DNA of 63,500 nt, filler included, from Platydemus manokwari (Eukaryota), in NCBI GenBank assembly GCA_037951405.1. It is 6 parts of 6 records of this genome, joined end to end, with 100 filler letters (N's around TTAATTAATTAA, not from the genome) between each part and the next. Parts side by side here need not be neighbours in the genome. Positions count along the whole stretch, not along the records: positions 1 to 9,693 come from JBBMOY011216877.1; positions 9,794 to 20,430 come from JBBMOY011117774.1; 4 more parts are not named here. The stretch is one strand, 5' to 3'. The notes below the pieces were generated by a model. It worked only from the letters and a program-made list of their open reading frames with translations. It had not been told where the DNA came from and did no database searches. A program made the position numbers and the translations under genes. Shown here piece after piece: positions 1-12,177 of this stretch. Numbering within the stretch: position 1 is the stretch's first letter; each line of letters starts with the position of its first letter.

Positions 1-2240
1 ACCAAATGTTGCGTAGCTATGTTATGTTTAAATGATTTGGTAAAACAAAAACTTTAAACAACTAAAAAACATGAATAGTTGAAAGTTCTAAATGTTTTGT
101 TACCAAATCAAGAATGAATATAATTATATAATAAAAGTATGTGGGGTCCACAACTAAAGAAGAAAATAATGAAAAAAATGAAAAACAAATCTTTTTCGAC
201 CTATTGGAAAAGTTCGAGTTTTCTTTAATTGGAATTTTTCAAATTGATTCTCCCATCTTAATTGAGTTTTTTTGAAACAAAGCCAGTCATCAGACAAACT
301 CTGATAAATGACCCCAAAAGGAAGTGAGAAAGATTTTGTCTCGTACAGTGAGACTGTTAGTTCTAAATAAAATAAACAAACTTTGTTCTCATCATATAAG
401 TCCAGATATACAAAGCCGTTATGGTACATATGCAAATTGTTCCGAGTAGTATTCGCTCAGAAAATTCCTTACCAAATTTCCAAATCAAATGACAGTGCAA
501 AAATTGTCAAAAATATGGACTTAGTGCCAAGAACTTACAACGAACGCACAATAGGTGAACAACTATTGTGTAACACGCTGGACAAAATTGGGGACAAAAT
601 TTCCGATTATTGTTATCATAAACTCAGTTATATCATTTGAATTGTGACCAATAGTCTATTATCAATTGAATTTACGCCAACCCATCTATATAAACCATTT
701 CTGATTTTTATGATGCACAACATGAGTAATCGATTAATGAATTAATCGAACAGTATTATCTCCTATAATAATGCACTGATTCCAGGAAAATTATTAATAT
801 TAAATTATCTCTGGTTCTTCCCGCTTTCATGTTACTTTTTAATGGTAGCTAGTGTTAGGTTGTTAAGTTATTCTAATGTATTTAAGAATTTTAAATAATT
901 TTGTAAAACCACAATATATTTCATTATCGTTATTGTGTTGTTATTTACTGATTACATTATTGATTTTATCATCGTAAAATTAAGCACAGCAATTGACTAT
1001 CTTATGTATTGAATATTATTAAATTATCAATTGATCTCGTGAGAAATATTTCTGCATTTCAGATATATCTTTCGGAGTCATATATAGCTTAGTCGTCGAT
1101 AGTTGATTATATAGCTTGACTTCTTATCAAATTTATATTGACAATTTAACTGTTCCCAACTCGATGGACATAATAATATTTTGTAAAAAAGTCTATTCAT
1201 ATCAATCAAAACTTCTACAAATTTATTTCCATAATAATTTCTAACAAGTATTACAGATACTATATTTGTTATAGTGATAAATTGTTGTGAATTAAAAATT
1301 ATAATTATAAAAATTATAATCACTATCAAATTATAATTTTAAGTTTATGATAAAATCAGCGGAAAAAAATGCATAAATAAATAATATGGTGTGCTATATA
1401 ATATGGAAATAGCATACCGATTTAAAAATGCACGAGAAAATTACAAACGGAAACTTATTTATTAACAAAAATGTCACAAAATAATTAAGACGAAAAATTT
1501 GTCCACCAAAAATTTAAAAAGTTAATATGAATCATCTGTTATTTTATAAAACAAATATAAATACTAACTTCCAAACAGAACATTTCAATCTCAAAAATCT
1601 CCTGAAACTATTACTTGAACAACAAGACCCTTTAAGTAAAGGAAAAATATTTCTATTATCATTGTAGACACATTTTTACTAGATATATTATTGTCTAAAC
1701 GAGGATACCAAAAGAAAGTTCGAATAAAATATTATATCCAAATTGAGAATATAACTCGAGGAAGAATTACATTGATGACAAGGTTAACATTAAAGTTTCA
1801 AGGAGCGCGATAAATTCTTTTTTTCGATACCCATGTTAACTGTGGAGTAAACCACATTCGGTTGATTAATTAATTAAAATATGAACTAACTTGAGTGCAC
1901 ATTTATTCATAATTGATCAATCGTCTGTTTATTTAATTTGATATTCAACAAAAGTATTTTTAAAAATATTTTGAGTTTCCAGTTGTGTTAATAGTTTTAA
2001 ATTTAAATTATTGAGATACTTGAGACTGATTTACAGATTATAAAATTTATATTTCATAAATATTAAATATAAATTTTACTAAATTCAAGCTTTGGAGAGT
2101 TTCTATTTTCAAATCCTATTTCTCGCAGTCAGAGTTGAAATGAGTGTTTGACTGATATTAATTAAAACTTTAGTATAGATAATTATAAACCTTAGTATAA
2201 AATATCACACAAATAAATGACGGCTTCTCTAGTCTTCAAT

Positions 2241-2284
2241 CGCGAAGCCCTTGGGTTCAGTGGAACCTTGGTTGAAAGCCAATG
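2241..2284. mobile_element. Degenerate hAT (Charlie/Buster-like) terminal remnant
   Basis: CGCGAAGCCCTTGGGTTCAGTGGAACCTTGGTTGAAAGCCAATG resembles hAT termini of the form ...GGTTCCGCGGAACCCTGGTTGAGAAACACTG. No partner end found. Confidence 0.3.
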
Positions 2285-2684
2285 ATTTGGAATATTGAAA
2301 TCATGGGAATCCAATTTCGTTGTAGTATTTATTAATTTTCCTCTAAACTGGTCTTTTCATAAAATTAAATTTTAGAAATTTTAGAAAAAAGGAGCTAAAA
2401 TTGAATTTTAAAATCAAAACAAATTCGAAAATAAAACTACAAATACCTATTTTCTTAGGTCTAACTGTGAATTTTTTTCATAATAAAATTATTGTTACAT
2501 TAATAAGAAAACAAAATTTCATGAAGGGATAAAGAAGAAATATTAAAATATGATTCATTATTGATATAAATTAAAACTATCCGGTTGAACATGATATAAT
2601 ATATTTTAATACATTTTATTGCAATAAGTACTTCCGTTACCTTAATGGGAATATTTAATGTTCCTACATTTTTCTAATAGTGAT

Positions 2685-2858
2685 TAGTAGTAAGAATACT
2701 CGATGTTTGAAAAAACACCCTCATTTCGCACAAATAATTTTCTACACCCCTTCAAAATTTCCTTGAAACAAGTGAATTTTACTTTTTATTCACAATTTAT
2801 CAAATTTCGTGCATAAAAATGAGGGTATGTTTTCAAATATCGAGTAATCCTATCACTA
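2685..2858. mobile_element. MITE-like element with ~45-bp imperfect terminal inverted repeats
   Basis: AATACTCGATGTTTGAAAAAACACCCTCATTT near 2695 is the near reverse complement of AAATGAGGGTATGTTTTCAAATATCGAGTAAT near 2817-2848. No coding capacity. Confidence 0.6.
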
Positions 2859-3211
2859 TGATTTCAATTTTCCTATAAGTATTTTTTCATTAGTATAGGT
2901 TTATAATATATAGAAATTGTTCTTTATTTTAAAAGTAGGTTGATTTTGGTGTAACTACTTATTTTTTAGTTTAGATTACAGAAGATATTGCGACTTTTAA
3001 TATTCATTCATCTTTAAAGTAATTTAATTCTTTTAAAAATTATAATTAACTTATGAACTAAAAAGATGTTTAAAAATTAATTTTCCTTTTCAATTCCAAT
3101 ATATAATATTTTTTATGTAATTATATTTCAATATTATACATTAGCTAACCTTTTTGTTTAAATAATTCATTTTAGTTATTTGAAATTACAAACTTTCCAA
3201 TAATTTTGATA

Positions 3212-3553
3212 ATGGATGTGTCTAGATATATTCCTTTAATCGGTATATCAGCATTTTGGTTTTTAGTGGCTGTTGGAGGTCCTATTTTAATACCGAAAGG
3301 TACAAACAGAGGGTAAATATTAAAAACCCACTATTATTTATTTGTATCTTTTAGACTTATTCAAACGATGATTATTATGACATCAATATGCTGCTATTTA
3401 TTGTAATTTTATATTTCTATTTTTATAAATTAACATTCTATTAGTTGGCTTATTGTTTATTTGGCCCAACTTAATGCATTATATGGTCCAAGGATCGATA
3501 CTTCAACAATAAGAGTTATTCAAATGTATTGGAACCCCTTTAACCAAAGTTGA
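3212..3553 (+). CDS. ATP6V0E: V-type proton ATPase subunit e (complete; exons 3212-3312, 3355-3402, 3445-3553)
   Basis: Two 42-bp GT-AG introns splice in phase to give MDVSRYIPLIGISAFWFLVAVGGPILIPKGTNRGLIQTMIIMTSICCYLFWLIVYLAQLNALYGPRIDTSTIRVIQMYWNPFNQS*. This carries the subunit-e signatures PKGxNRG, CCYLFW and AQLNxLxGP. AATAAA at 3586-3591. Confidence 0.95.
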
Positions 3554-3679
3554 TTTCAAAATGTCTTACATTGGCAGGTCAGAGAAATAAACTAACATAA
3601 TCTTTTGCACGGTGCTAATTTATGATTACAATTTGATAGTCTTGAAATATATTTTAACTTAATTTTTTATATTAGTCTA

Positions 3680-6600
3680 TTAACACATTTCATTACAATA
3701 TTTAAAATATGTGTTCAAATGTTTAATATGACACATTCCCCACAGAATTGGTGGAGTTAATGATACTACTGATACAGCTATGGATATTGCGATAATTCTT
3801 TTGGTGAGGAAATATTTCTGAATTCCTCTAAAAATAAACAAATTAATTAATTAAATAATTTAAAATCATTTTTCGTAATATAATTATTTATTATTTTCAT
3901 TGATTATTTGTACGTTACCAACGTTACTGTAATTTTCGACTTCTGAAGTTAAAACTTCTATTTATCAAAAATATTTTCAATTATAAACCCGAAAATATAT
4001 TTTTTGCCACTCGTAACGTCAATATCATGCAAAAATAACCATTTTTATTCTATAAAACTAATGATCTTGACTTACGTTTGATCAATACTTGTTCCATACC
4101 ATACTTGAAGAACACACCAAGCTAAAATGATTAACAGTCCCGATAATTCCCGTCCTTCCTCAAATGTCAACGGACTGGCATTGCCGTAAAATAGTGTATT
4201 GAAATTGATTGCGATTAGGTAGATAGAGAAGATAATAATCGATATTATATAGACAATTATCGTTCCAATGAATATTCTATTTCCTATATTAAAAATAAAT
4301 AAAAATGAGTATCATTATCTTTATTATTATCGAATGATTTTGTTTCATCCCTTTGATAACAAATAATTCAAAGATTTAGAAAATATTTCATTCGTATCCA
4401 TGTTTTGCTTGTAACAAATTGAGAACAAAGTAACGAAATTAAATAATTTGTTTTTCAGAAACCATAGGACCTGCCAAAATTTTGGTCATTTATCAATCTA
4501 TCCCAAGATAATAAACCACTCGATCAGCATTATTTTGTTGTAAAATCCATTATCTACACTTTCTACATAAATGGCTTTGATGAGACTTTTTATTTGGCTT
4601 TAATTTTACTGACCGTTAGACAATGCTCTAGATCAGTGGTATTCACATTTTTTTGTGTTGCCACACAATTTACGAGTCCAAATTTTTTCGCGACCCCTAG
4701 GGACTAAAATAAAAATTAAAAAGTAAATTTTTTTAACATCAAAAAATTAAAATATATTTAAAAATAACAACTATTTTGCACGTTCTGGCATAAAGCATCA
4801 AATCTTGGCTTTATTTCGGTGATGGATGATCTCAGAACTAATTCCAGATCTTTAAAATTAGATCGATATTTTGTCTGAATGTAAATCAGTATCAAAAATG
4901 AAATTTCTCGCGACTCCCACAAAATTTTTCACAACCGATTGGCGGGTCGAGCCCCTTTTGGAGAACTTTGAATATTGATTTACCCTTATTTTCGTCACTA
5001 CATTTGATGGATAAGGACATCTTAATAATGGTAAAAAGTAGATCAAAGCGGAAAAATCAATAAATGATATATAATATGAATGACAAATTGTCATTTTTAA
5101 TGTCCCTCTATTTATTTTTAGGTTTTCTTATGGTTCATTTTAAATATGGGACATCTTTGATTATAAAATAGTTCATCTTGCCGGACATGATTTAACCAAT
5201 AAGAGAGTCACCAATTCAATAATTAAATAAAATAGAATATTAAAAAAAATATCAGAATATTTCTGTCTACAATAATCGGAAGTGGTGTAATTTTCATTGT
5301 TAATCGAAATCCAATGATACAACACATGATTCATTCAAGATAATATTTTACTATTATTATTATCTTAACTACAAATATCTGATAGTCAATAAATTTCAAT
5401 ACAATTGATTATCCAATATCATTATTTCAAGATAATATTGATAATTTGTGATTTGTAAAACGTTGATGTAATCGAAATAATATCGATTATTTTCGAGATT
5501 TAGTCTTTAATCCAATTATTGATATGATAAAGGTACTTTTCAACTGGTATTAGACTGCAAAAGAGATTAATTGTTTACATTAAAAAATACAAAATGATAA
5601 AAAAAATCATAAAAAAATTTGAAGAATTTGTTGCACACAAACACGATTCGATTTAGAGAATGGGAGTTATTTATTTTATTATCATTTTCAAATTACACAA
5701 AGAGGGCTGGTATTGAAAAAATTGCATATTTCCAATGATTTGTATGGATCCGAAATTCCTTTTAGAGAACATGCCATATTTGTTCTACTTAAACTGATAG
5801 AAATCAGCAATTATCTTGCATCCCACGAAAATAAAATACTTACTGAAATGGGTGCTCATTACTCAACAGATTGGACAAATCACATGTCTGATGTCTTATT
5901 AGTTAAGTAGTAAATCCATGAATATGAATAATAGAGTAAATGTAATGCTTATTAAATTTAGATTGATTATCAATTTCAATTAATCATTTCATTAAATTTA
6001 TCAATCTCAAATAATCAATCAAACAAGAAATAGTCAAAATTTTGAAAAATACTAGTTTGTAAATAATTTTATATTTCATTTATTATGCTGAATCATAATA
6101 TACGCACATGAATCGAAATGAAACTCAATCGCTTGATTCAGTGATGTGAAAAGATTATGCCCAAATTTTTTTAAAGGGGTTTTGATTTTAAATGTTGTGT
6201 TATTTGAAGTTAAATTTTAATGTTTAATGATCTAAGATTATTGAAGTCTTTACAAATGACTCAAGGAACTGTTCTTGACGGGTCACAAGTGCTAATAATA
6301 ATATTTGGTAAAATAAAATGGATACTAATAATGTAAATAACCCAGTGGAGAATTGTATACTATATTAAGTGTGATACCATCAGAATATTTCCAATAAGAG
6401 ATTTGGAAACACAGAACCAGAGACCAGTAATAATAAAAACTACTTATAATAACGTGAACAATCCAAACTTCAATAAATTTAAAGCTGCTTTATATATAAC
6501 GCGTTTCGATGGTATTTGAAATTTCGTGTTATTTCTAAAGATAGAAATGAGATTATTATTCAAAATCAATGACGAAATCAAGCAGAAACATGCGATCAAA

Positions 6601-6993
6601 TCTTGTCTGTAAGTGGAATTGATTGTTCGTTCTCATATTTGAGATACCATTTAACATTAAAAGTCTCAAACGATAATTCTATCAGGTTATTTTTATCACT
6701 GAATAAATGAGTCCATAAAATCATTAAAATCAAATGATTATTTGTGTTTTTATTACTTTCATTACTGACTCATGATCATTAGACTTGTTCTATGTACAAT
6801 GTTTGTGATAACACATACAAGTCTGATCTGGTTTTCTATTTCAAATGAATATTAACATCGTTTTTAAATGTTTCCTTTTCATATTATCACACATTTACAT
6901 AGCACTGCTGTTATATTTATGGATTTTCAACGGTATAAGTAACCTTGGGTAAGGAAATGATTTAACTCCTGGATTCATCACCCTGACCAGGTA
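3680..6993 (-). CDS. Uncharacterised multi-pass membrane protein, 3' part (candidate exons 6993-6944, 6484-6342, 4283-4076, 3827-3680)
   Basis: Four AG..GT-bounded open segments join in phase (2/1, 1/2, 2/1): YLVRVMNPGVKSFPYPS-FKFIEVWIVHVIISSFYYYWSLVLCFQISYW...NSPLG-NRIFIGTIIVYIISIIIFSIYLIAINF...ELSGLLIILAWCVLQVWYGTSIDQT-GIQKYFLTKRIIAISIAVSVVSLTPPILWGMC...NEMC*. About four hydrophobic stretches. The last two exons are best supported; the 5' end is unresolved. Confidence 0.55.
4634..4970. mobile_element. Degenerate non-autonomous hAT-like element
   Basis: Starts CAGTGGTATTCAC after CTCTAGAT (NTCTAGAN-type hAT target). Internal TCGCGACCCC and TCGCGACTCCC subterminal motifs. Ends TTGGAGAACTTTG, a decayed TTGAGAACCACTG. 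The TSD is not conserved. Confidence 0.4.
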
Positions 6994-9561
6994 CTAAAAA
7001 GGGAGTACGATTACTTCTTGAATGCTATTGTTTATATATTAATCTCGACCCTTCAGTCCTGGTTTTAGCCTTGAAAATAAATAAATAATTATTAAAATCA
7101 TTACGATATAATGTTTATTCTAAATTTTGTAACTGTTGAAGAATTCAAAAACGATTAAATGAAATTCCATAACGTTCTTTAATTTAACAACTCACAAAAC
7201 TTCTCAATTCTTTGATCCTCATTGTTTCTTTAAAGAAAAATACTCATCAGTCATTGGATGTACATTATACCGAATTCAATTCGCACGGAATAATCTTCAA
7301 CAATGAATACCATTTAATCCCCATACAAAAGAATCCTTGTCAAAATTAAAATAATTCATCTAGCAAATGAAAATGAACCCAACCAAATACCATCAATAAA
7401 TGGATCAATGAGAGCACTTGAATCAAATTTTATCTCAATCAATCTGGGCAATAAATGGATCTTGAATAGCATAAAATTGTCAAATTATGACATAGCACAG
7501 ATTATTCCATGTTGATTCATCACAATTTTCTCATCAAATCTCAATTATTGAATTTTTGACAATTTTTTCAATAAATTCAATCAATATTTAATATCAATAA
7601 ATGAATTATTTTTGTCAATATTTTCTTACAACAATCTAAATTTTTCAATCGAGTATTTTTATATTGTTTTTCATTTCAAGTTTTCTTATTAGATTATGAT
7701 TGCATGCTATCTGATACCGCAATTATTTATTATGATGGGTAAAAACCCTCAATTCGTTTACTTAGCTATGATACACATAACGCAAATTTCTGTGAGATAG
7801 AATGACTGCATAAAATCAACAATGTGTGAAAACTCTAAATGAAAAATTTACCTAAGATCGAATGTAACGCTTGCGACAATGGAACTACTTTGTTCCAGAT
7901 ATAATCCACAAGAAAGTCTCTAATGACCAAATTGATCAAGAACCGTCATCGAATCAATGATGCCAGTAATATTGTCAAAACTATTTATTTATTTATATTT
8001 CAAGAATTCCTGGTTATTTGCCGATGTAATTGAAAGCATTCGGCCATATATTAAGTTAATAACACCAGGAATATTGACAGAAAAATCTATAATTTTAGAA
8101 TGCCCCGAAGTCATTCAAAAAATATATATGAAAATCAATAATATATGGATATTATTGATGACTTGTAAAAAATATTTTATTTACATTATGGATTAGGAAG
8201 TATAATATTTGGAATTATATTGATAAAGCTAAAGGCCAAAATATCGGTGAACCTCAAACGCGTCTCTTAGACTGCTTAATCTGATAACATTTTATAATAT
8301 CATTTAAAAAGCCAATAACATGTTCAACTCTATCCTATACCTGTCAAATCTTGAACACCCGTTACGATATTTAATGGCTACTTTAACAAACAACCATTGT
8401 TGTCGGTTTCTGTTCTAAGATTTAATTTTATTACTCACCCTAAAAACTTTTATTTAAAAACTGTCACCAAATAATCTATTATTTGATTGAAACAAAAATC
8501 GACTGTCAACAACTAAGAAATGTCGAATATAATGGAAAACAATAACAATTTGCTAAAAATAAACGTGAAGAAATGGGTTGACATATATCAAATCAATGGA
8601 ATAATTCAAAAACCATTGTAATCTATTGATTTTAAATATTTGTTTTTAACAATCGATTATTTAATATAATAATCGATATTAACTGAAAAAATGTCTCGAA
8701 TCAGACAAACAATGATAATTTTTTCAAATTTTATTTGTCAACCTAGTCAACAATCCAATTCTGTACAATCTATTTATTGAACAGCAATTGATTTTAGAAT
8801 AAGCAATAAATGATAATAACCAAGCACACATATTTTTCAGATATATCTAATGCTCATATATGTTATGTATTGATTGATTTGTTTTTATATTTATTTACGT
8901 AATGCTAATTAAAATTTGCAAATCACAATCGATAATAAGAACTGGAAATTATTAATTGGAAAATAACTCACAAATTTTCCATTCTTCGAGCAAATTTTTA
9001 CGATTATCATCTATTTTAAGTTCTCATTAATAATAAACACGTAAAAAGCCTTGTTACAAATTCCATTAAAAAACGTCCAGAGAGAAAAGATGCTTATTTA
9101 TTCATGTAACGATTTCCCCGGTGACAGTGCACAACACATGCTCGAAAAATCCAGTTCTTGTAGTAACGATGTCGGCCGGGATATATTTGTACGAATATGT
9201 ATCGATATTATGAAAAACGATTCACAAAAAATAAATCGAAACAAGTAATTTCTGAGACACTGAATGGCAACGGAAAAGTGTTGACAGATTTGTGGAGAAA
9301 ATCAAATTTGAGAGAAACGGGGCAATTGAGCAAATATTTTGATGGGATGAAATTGGACTGCAGCAAATTGATATTTATCGTTTACTCGGGTAATGCAGTT
9401 ATTTGTTGAGCGATGTTCCGTATTTATATCAATATCCAATAATTACATTTCAAGACTTACCCGCTGCTTTCTTGAATGCCGTACTGGCGAATGCGAATAA
9501 GGCAGCGATAGAATAAATTGGCTGGAAAAAATCAAATTAACAATATTTCATATTTAATATA

Positions 9562-9693
9562 TTAGGTTGTCCCATATGAAATGTCCGATTTTTATATATT
9601 GAACTTTAAATCAAATTTTTTTAAAAACTACTTAACATATACTTTGTTTTAATGTTTTATTTGATAGATATTTAGTGGTATATTCAAATTTCT
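9562..9693. mobile_element. Mariner-type terminal inverted repeat and subterminal sequence, cut by contig end
   Basis: TA followed by TTAGGTTGTCCCATATGAAATGTCCGATTTT, matching the TA-TTAGGTTG...CGNTTTT layout of mariner TIRs. Runs into the gap. Confidence 0.65.
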
Positions 9694-9793
9694 NNNNNNN
9701 NNNNNNNNNNNNNNNNNNNNNNNNNNNNNNNNNNNNNTTAATTAATTAANNNNNNNNNNNNNNNNNNNNNNNNNNNNNNNNNNNNNNNNNNNN
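9694..9793. other. Artificial contig spacer N44-TTAATTAATTAA-N44
   Basis: Exactly 100 nt with a six-frame stop linker; the same spacer occurs five times in the window. Confidence 0.99.
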
Positions 9794-9853
9794 ACTAGTG
9801 TCATGTTTACTAGTGCCATGTTTACTAGTGTCATGTTTACTAGTGTTATATTT
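9794..9853. repeat. 15-bp minisatellite (ACTAGTGTCATGTTT)x4, open-ended at the gap
   Basis: Units ACTAGTGTCATGTTT, ACTAGTGCCATGTTT, ACTAGTGTCATGTTT, ACTAGTGTTATATTT. Confidence 0.9.
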
Positions 9854-10402
9854 ACAGGCGCCAGACTTTGAGACCATAGGGGAGACTATGTTAATTATGG
9901 GCGATGATTTTTGTTCGAAGGATATTGGAATCAAATGTGCTTGTTGTTTTAATATTGCTGTTTTGTTAACGACAGGGGTCTCTGCTACTGGTGATACAAG
10001 CGAACTTGAGATATTGGATGTAGTTTTATCCAGGTCAGAGTTGACACAAAACAATGGTTCGGATTTAATGACAGGATTTGGAAAGGCTGAGATCATAGAT
10101 GATGAAGGTGTTGATAGTATTGCTGTTGATACCGGAATCACAGATTTTGATTTAACACTTGCACATTTTTGGACTGGATTACGAGAGTGAGAATTCGTGG
10201 TAGTTGATAAAGGAATGACGATTTCTTGGTTTGCAGATGCAATCGGATGTTCCGGGCTTCCATCTGGTAACTTTACTGCACGTTCTTTTAGATCGCAGCA
10301 CATATCCAGTTGTTTATTCACAAGTGTGGACGGTTTAGGTAGAGATTTCACCTTTAGTCTGCGTGTTTCTGAGATTACGTAGCAAATAGTCATTGGCTTC
10401 TC
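9794..10402 (-). CDS. Probable large exon encoding a Ser/Thr/Pro-rich low-complexity protein ending in KHDTS-type repeats (partial)
   Basis: Over 200 open codons, visibly more GC-rich than the flanks. Pyrimidine-rich acceptor TACTCTATTTCCCCAG precedes EKPMTICY... No domain recognised; truncated at the contig edge. Confidence 0.5.
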
Positions 10403-10439
10403 CTGGGGAAATAGAGTACACATGCGGTACAGATCGTGT

Positions 10440-10525
10440 AGTGACCTGACATTGCATACAATCACATTTATTACAGAACGTTAAGTGACCTGACATTGCA
10501 TGCAATCACATTTAGTACGAAACAT
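10440..10525. repeat. 44-bp tandem duplication
   Basis: AGTGACCTGACATTGCATACAATCACATTTATTAC... is followed by AGTGACCTGACATTGCATGCAATCACATTTAGTAC... Confidence 0.85.
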
Positions 10526-12177
10526 TGTGGAAACAGGTAGTTCTCAAATTTGTATATTTGACGCAACCCCATGACACATTTTACCATAAAGTGACGCCTT
10601 CCAATTTCCATAAAATAAATTAAAGTACATTGGTGATTGATTGTAGAAACAGTTCAAAAATTAAAAGATTATCAAAAGATTTTTTCAATTTAATATTCAC
10701 AAAAAAGATGAAATATCTGTCAAATTAATATTAGCTTTAAAATCTTGTTGAAATTTACAGTAAGATATTTGGAAAGAATTTTCAAAACAGTTCAAGGAAA
10801 ACTTTACAAATGAAGAACCTTGGTTGCCTCGGATTTAAAACGAATGCAAGTAATTTAAGCTGAAGGCTGCAAAACCCGGTTTTTGATTAATTTTTGAATT
10901 TAAGAATTCGTTATTAGATGATAAATATTTTAGAAATAATGTATTTGCATCTGTGTTTATTATGATGAATTTTATCGTATAAATTTATGTGTATGTTGTA
11001 TAATTGTTTCGTATTATTTCTGACATCAAATGTCTTGATTTCATGGATTGATAAATCATGTTGAATGGTTAACAGTGTCATATTGATAATCGATGGTTTG
11101 AAGATCGTTTTAAGACCACCTATAAAACGTATAAGTAATTCATCTGACCTTACCTATCTTTAATTAAATATAAAGCAACGTATCAAATGTTAATTAAATA
11201 TTCGCTTTGTAATTATTGATAAACTTCGGGTTGATCTGGAAATAAGAAGCAATCACCATGTCAACAAATTTTATGTCATAATAGATTATTTAAAAATCTT
11301 CAGTTGTATTTTTGTAATTTTTTTATCATTTTGTATTGGTTGATTTATTCATGGAGTTACTTACATGGTACATTTTTCGTGTGGCCACAAGTCTAAGTAA
11401 AGGCTTAAACTTTTTGGATGTCGAACACGGGCTAAACAGAATTATTACACCAGGTCCTTATTCTATCCGAAACACTTCTAACATTTATAGCATTACTATT
11501 TGTATGACACTTTGAATTTGCAATAAATTTGTTGAATTTTCGCAACTACGTTTCCGATCTGTGCAATTAACCAGTTAAATAAAAAAAATTTAAAATTATG
11601 AATCGACTTGCTAAATTCCTAACATTTCTTAGTTCTTATAACATAATTGTGAAAATTTAGAGTATCTCTTCAGTTCCTTTTAATATTAAAATAATCATCT
11701 TTAGAAAATTTAAAAGCTTTATTTTATTTAATCTTTGATTTCAAACCAATAAATCCTTTTCCAATAATTAGATAAAAAATTAAATCAATATTTTTAATGG
11801 TTATAATTTTTAAAAAACTATATAGCTTTTGGAAACACAATAAACAGATTTAAAATTTCACTTTAGGACCCCCTTTTGATAACTTAATACAACATTCAAA
11901 ATGATAAAAACAACATTTAAGTATGAAGAAAATTAATTTTTTAACTTTCTAAAAATGAGATCATTAAAGTTGTTGAAGATAGTAAGATTTAAATATATTT
12001 CTTCGGATTCCTGTAGCCCGATATGCGATTAAATTGTCTAGATCTTGGATACGTAAAGAAATTAATGATCACCATAAAAATTCATTGGAAGTAAATTATT
12101 ATTATTTATGTAGAATTTTTATGTTCGATTTTATGACCATAAAATATTTCATTGTAATATTTGATTATCTATATTAC

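Noticed and set aside
33-110. Imperfect inverted repeat (TGATTTGGTAA...TTACCAAATCA)
   Set aside because: Short and AT-rich at the window edge; probably a MITE scrap, with no TSD or function supportable.
154-640. Exon-like ORFs on both strands
   Set aside because: No recognisable motif and no phase-consistent multi-exon model.
5695-5910. Plus-strand ORF 5713-5910 and a minus-strand two-exon candidate (HQTCDLSNLL.../LSRTNMACSLK...)
   Set aside because: Does not fit the phase of the surrounding membrane-protein model and shows no homology; could be chance.
7780-8200. Semi-open frames that look like decayed coding sequence
   Set aside because: Stops in all frames and no diagnostic motif, so it cannot be assigned.
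9738-9749. TTAATTAATTAA recurring about every 10 kb as a biological motif or piggyBac TTAA site
   Set aside because: Always centred in exactly 44+44 Ns; it is an assembly linker.
9794-9853. Short direct repeats as a CRISPR array (also 10440-10525 and 20953-21030)
   Set aside because: Units are head-to-tail with no unique spacers, there are no cas genes, and the context is eukaryotic.
9798-10382. Plus-strand ORFs 9798-10190 and 10197-10382
   Set aside because: Antisense shadows of the longer minus-strand ORF.
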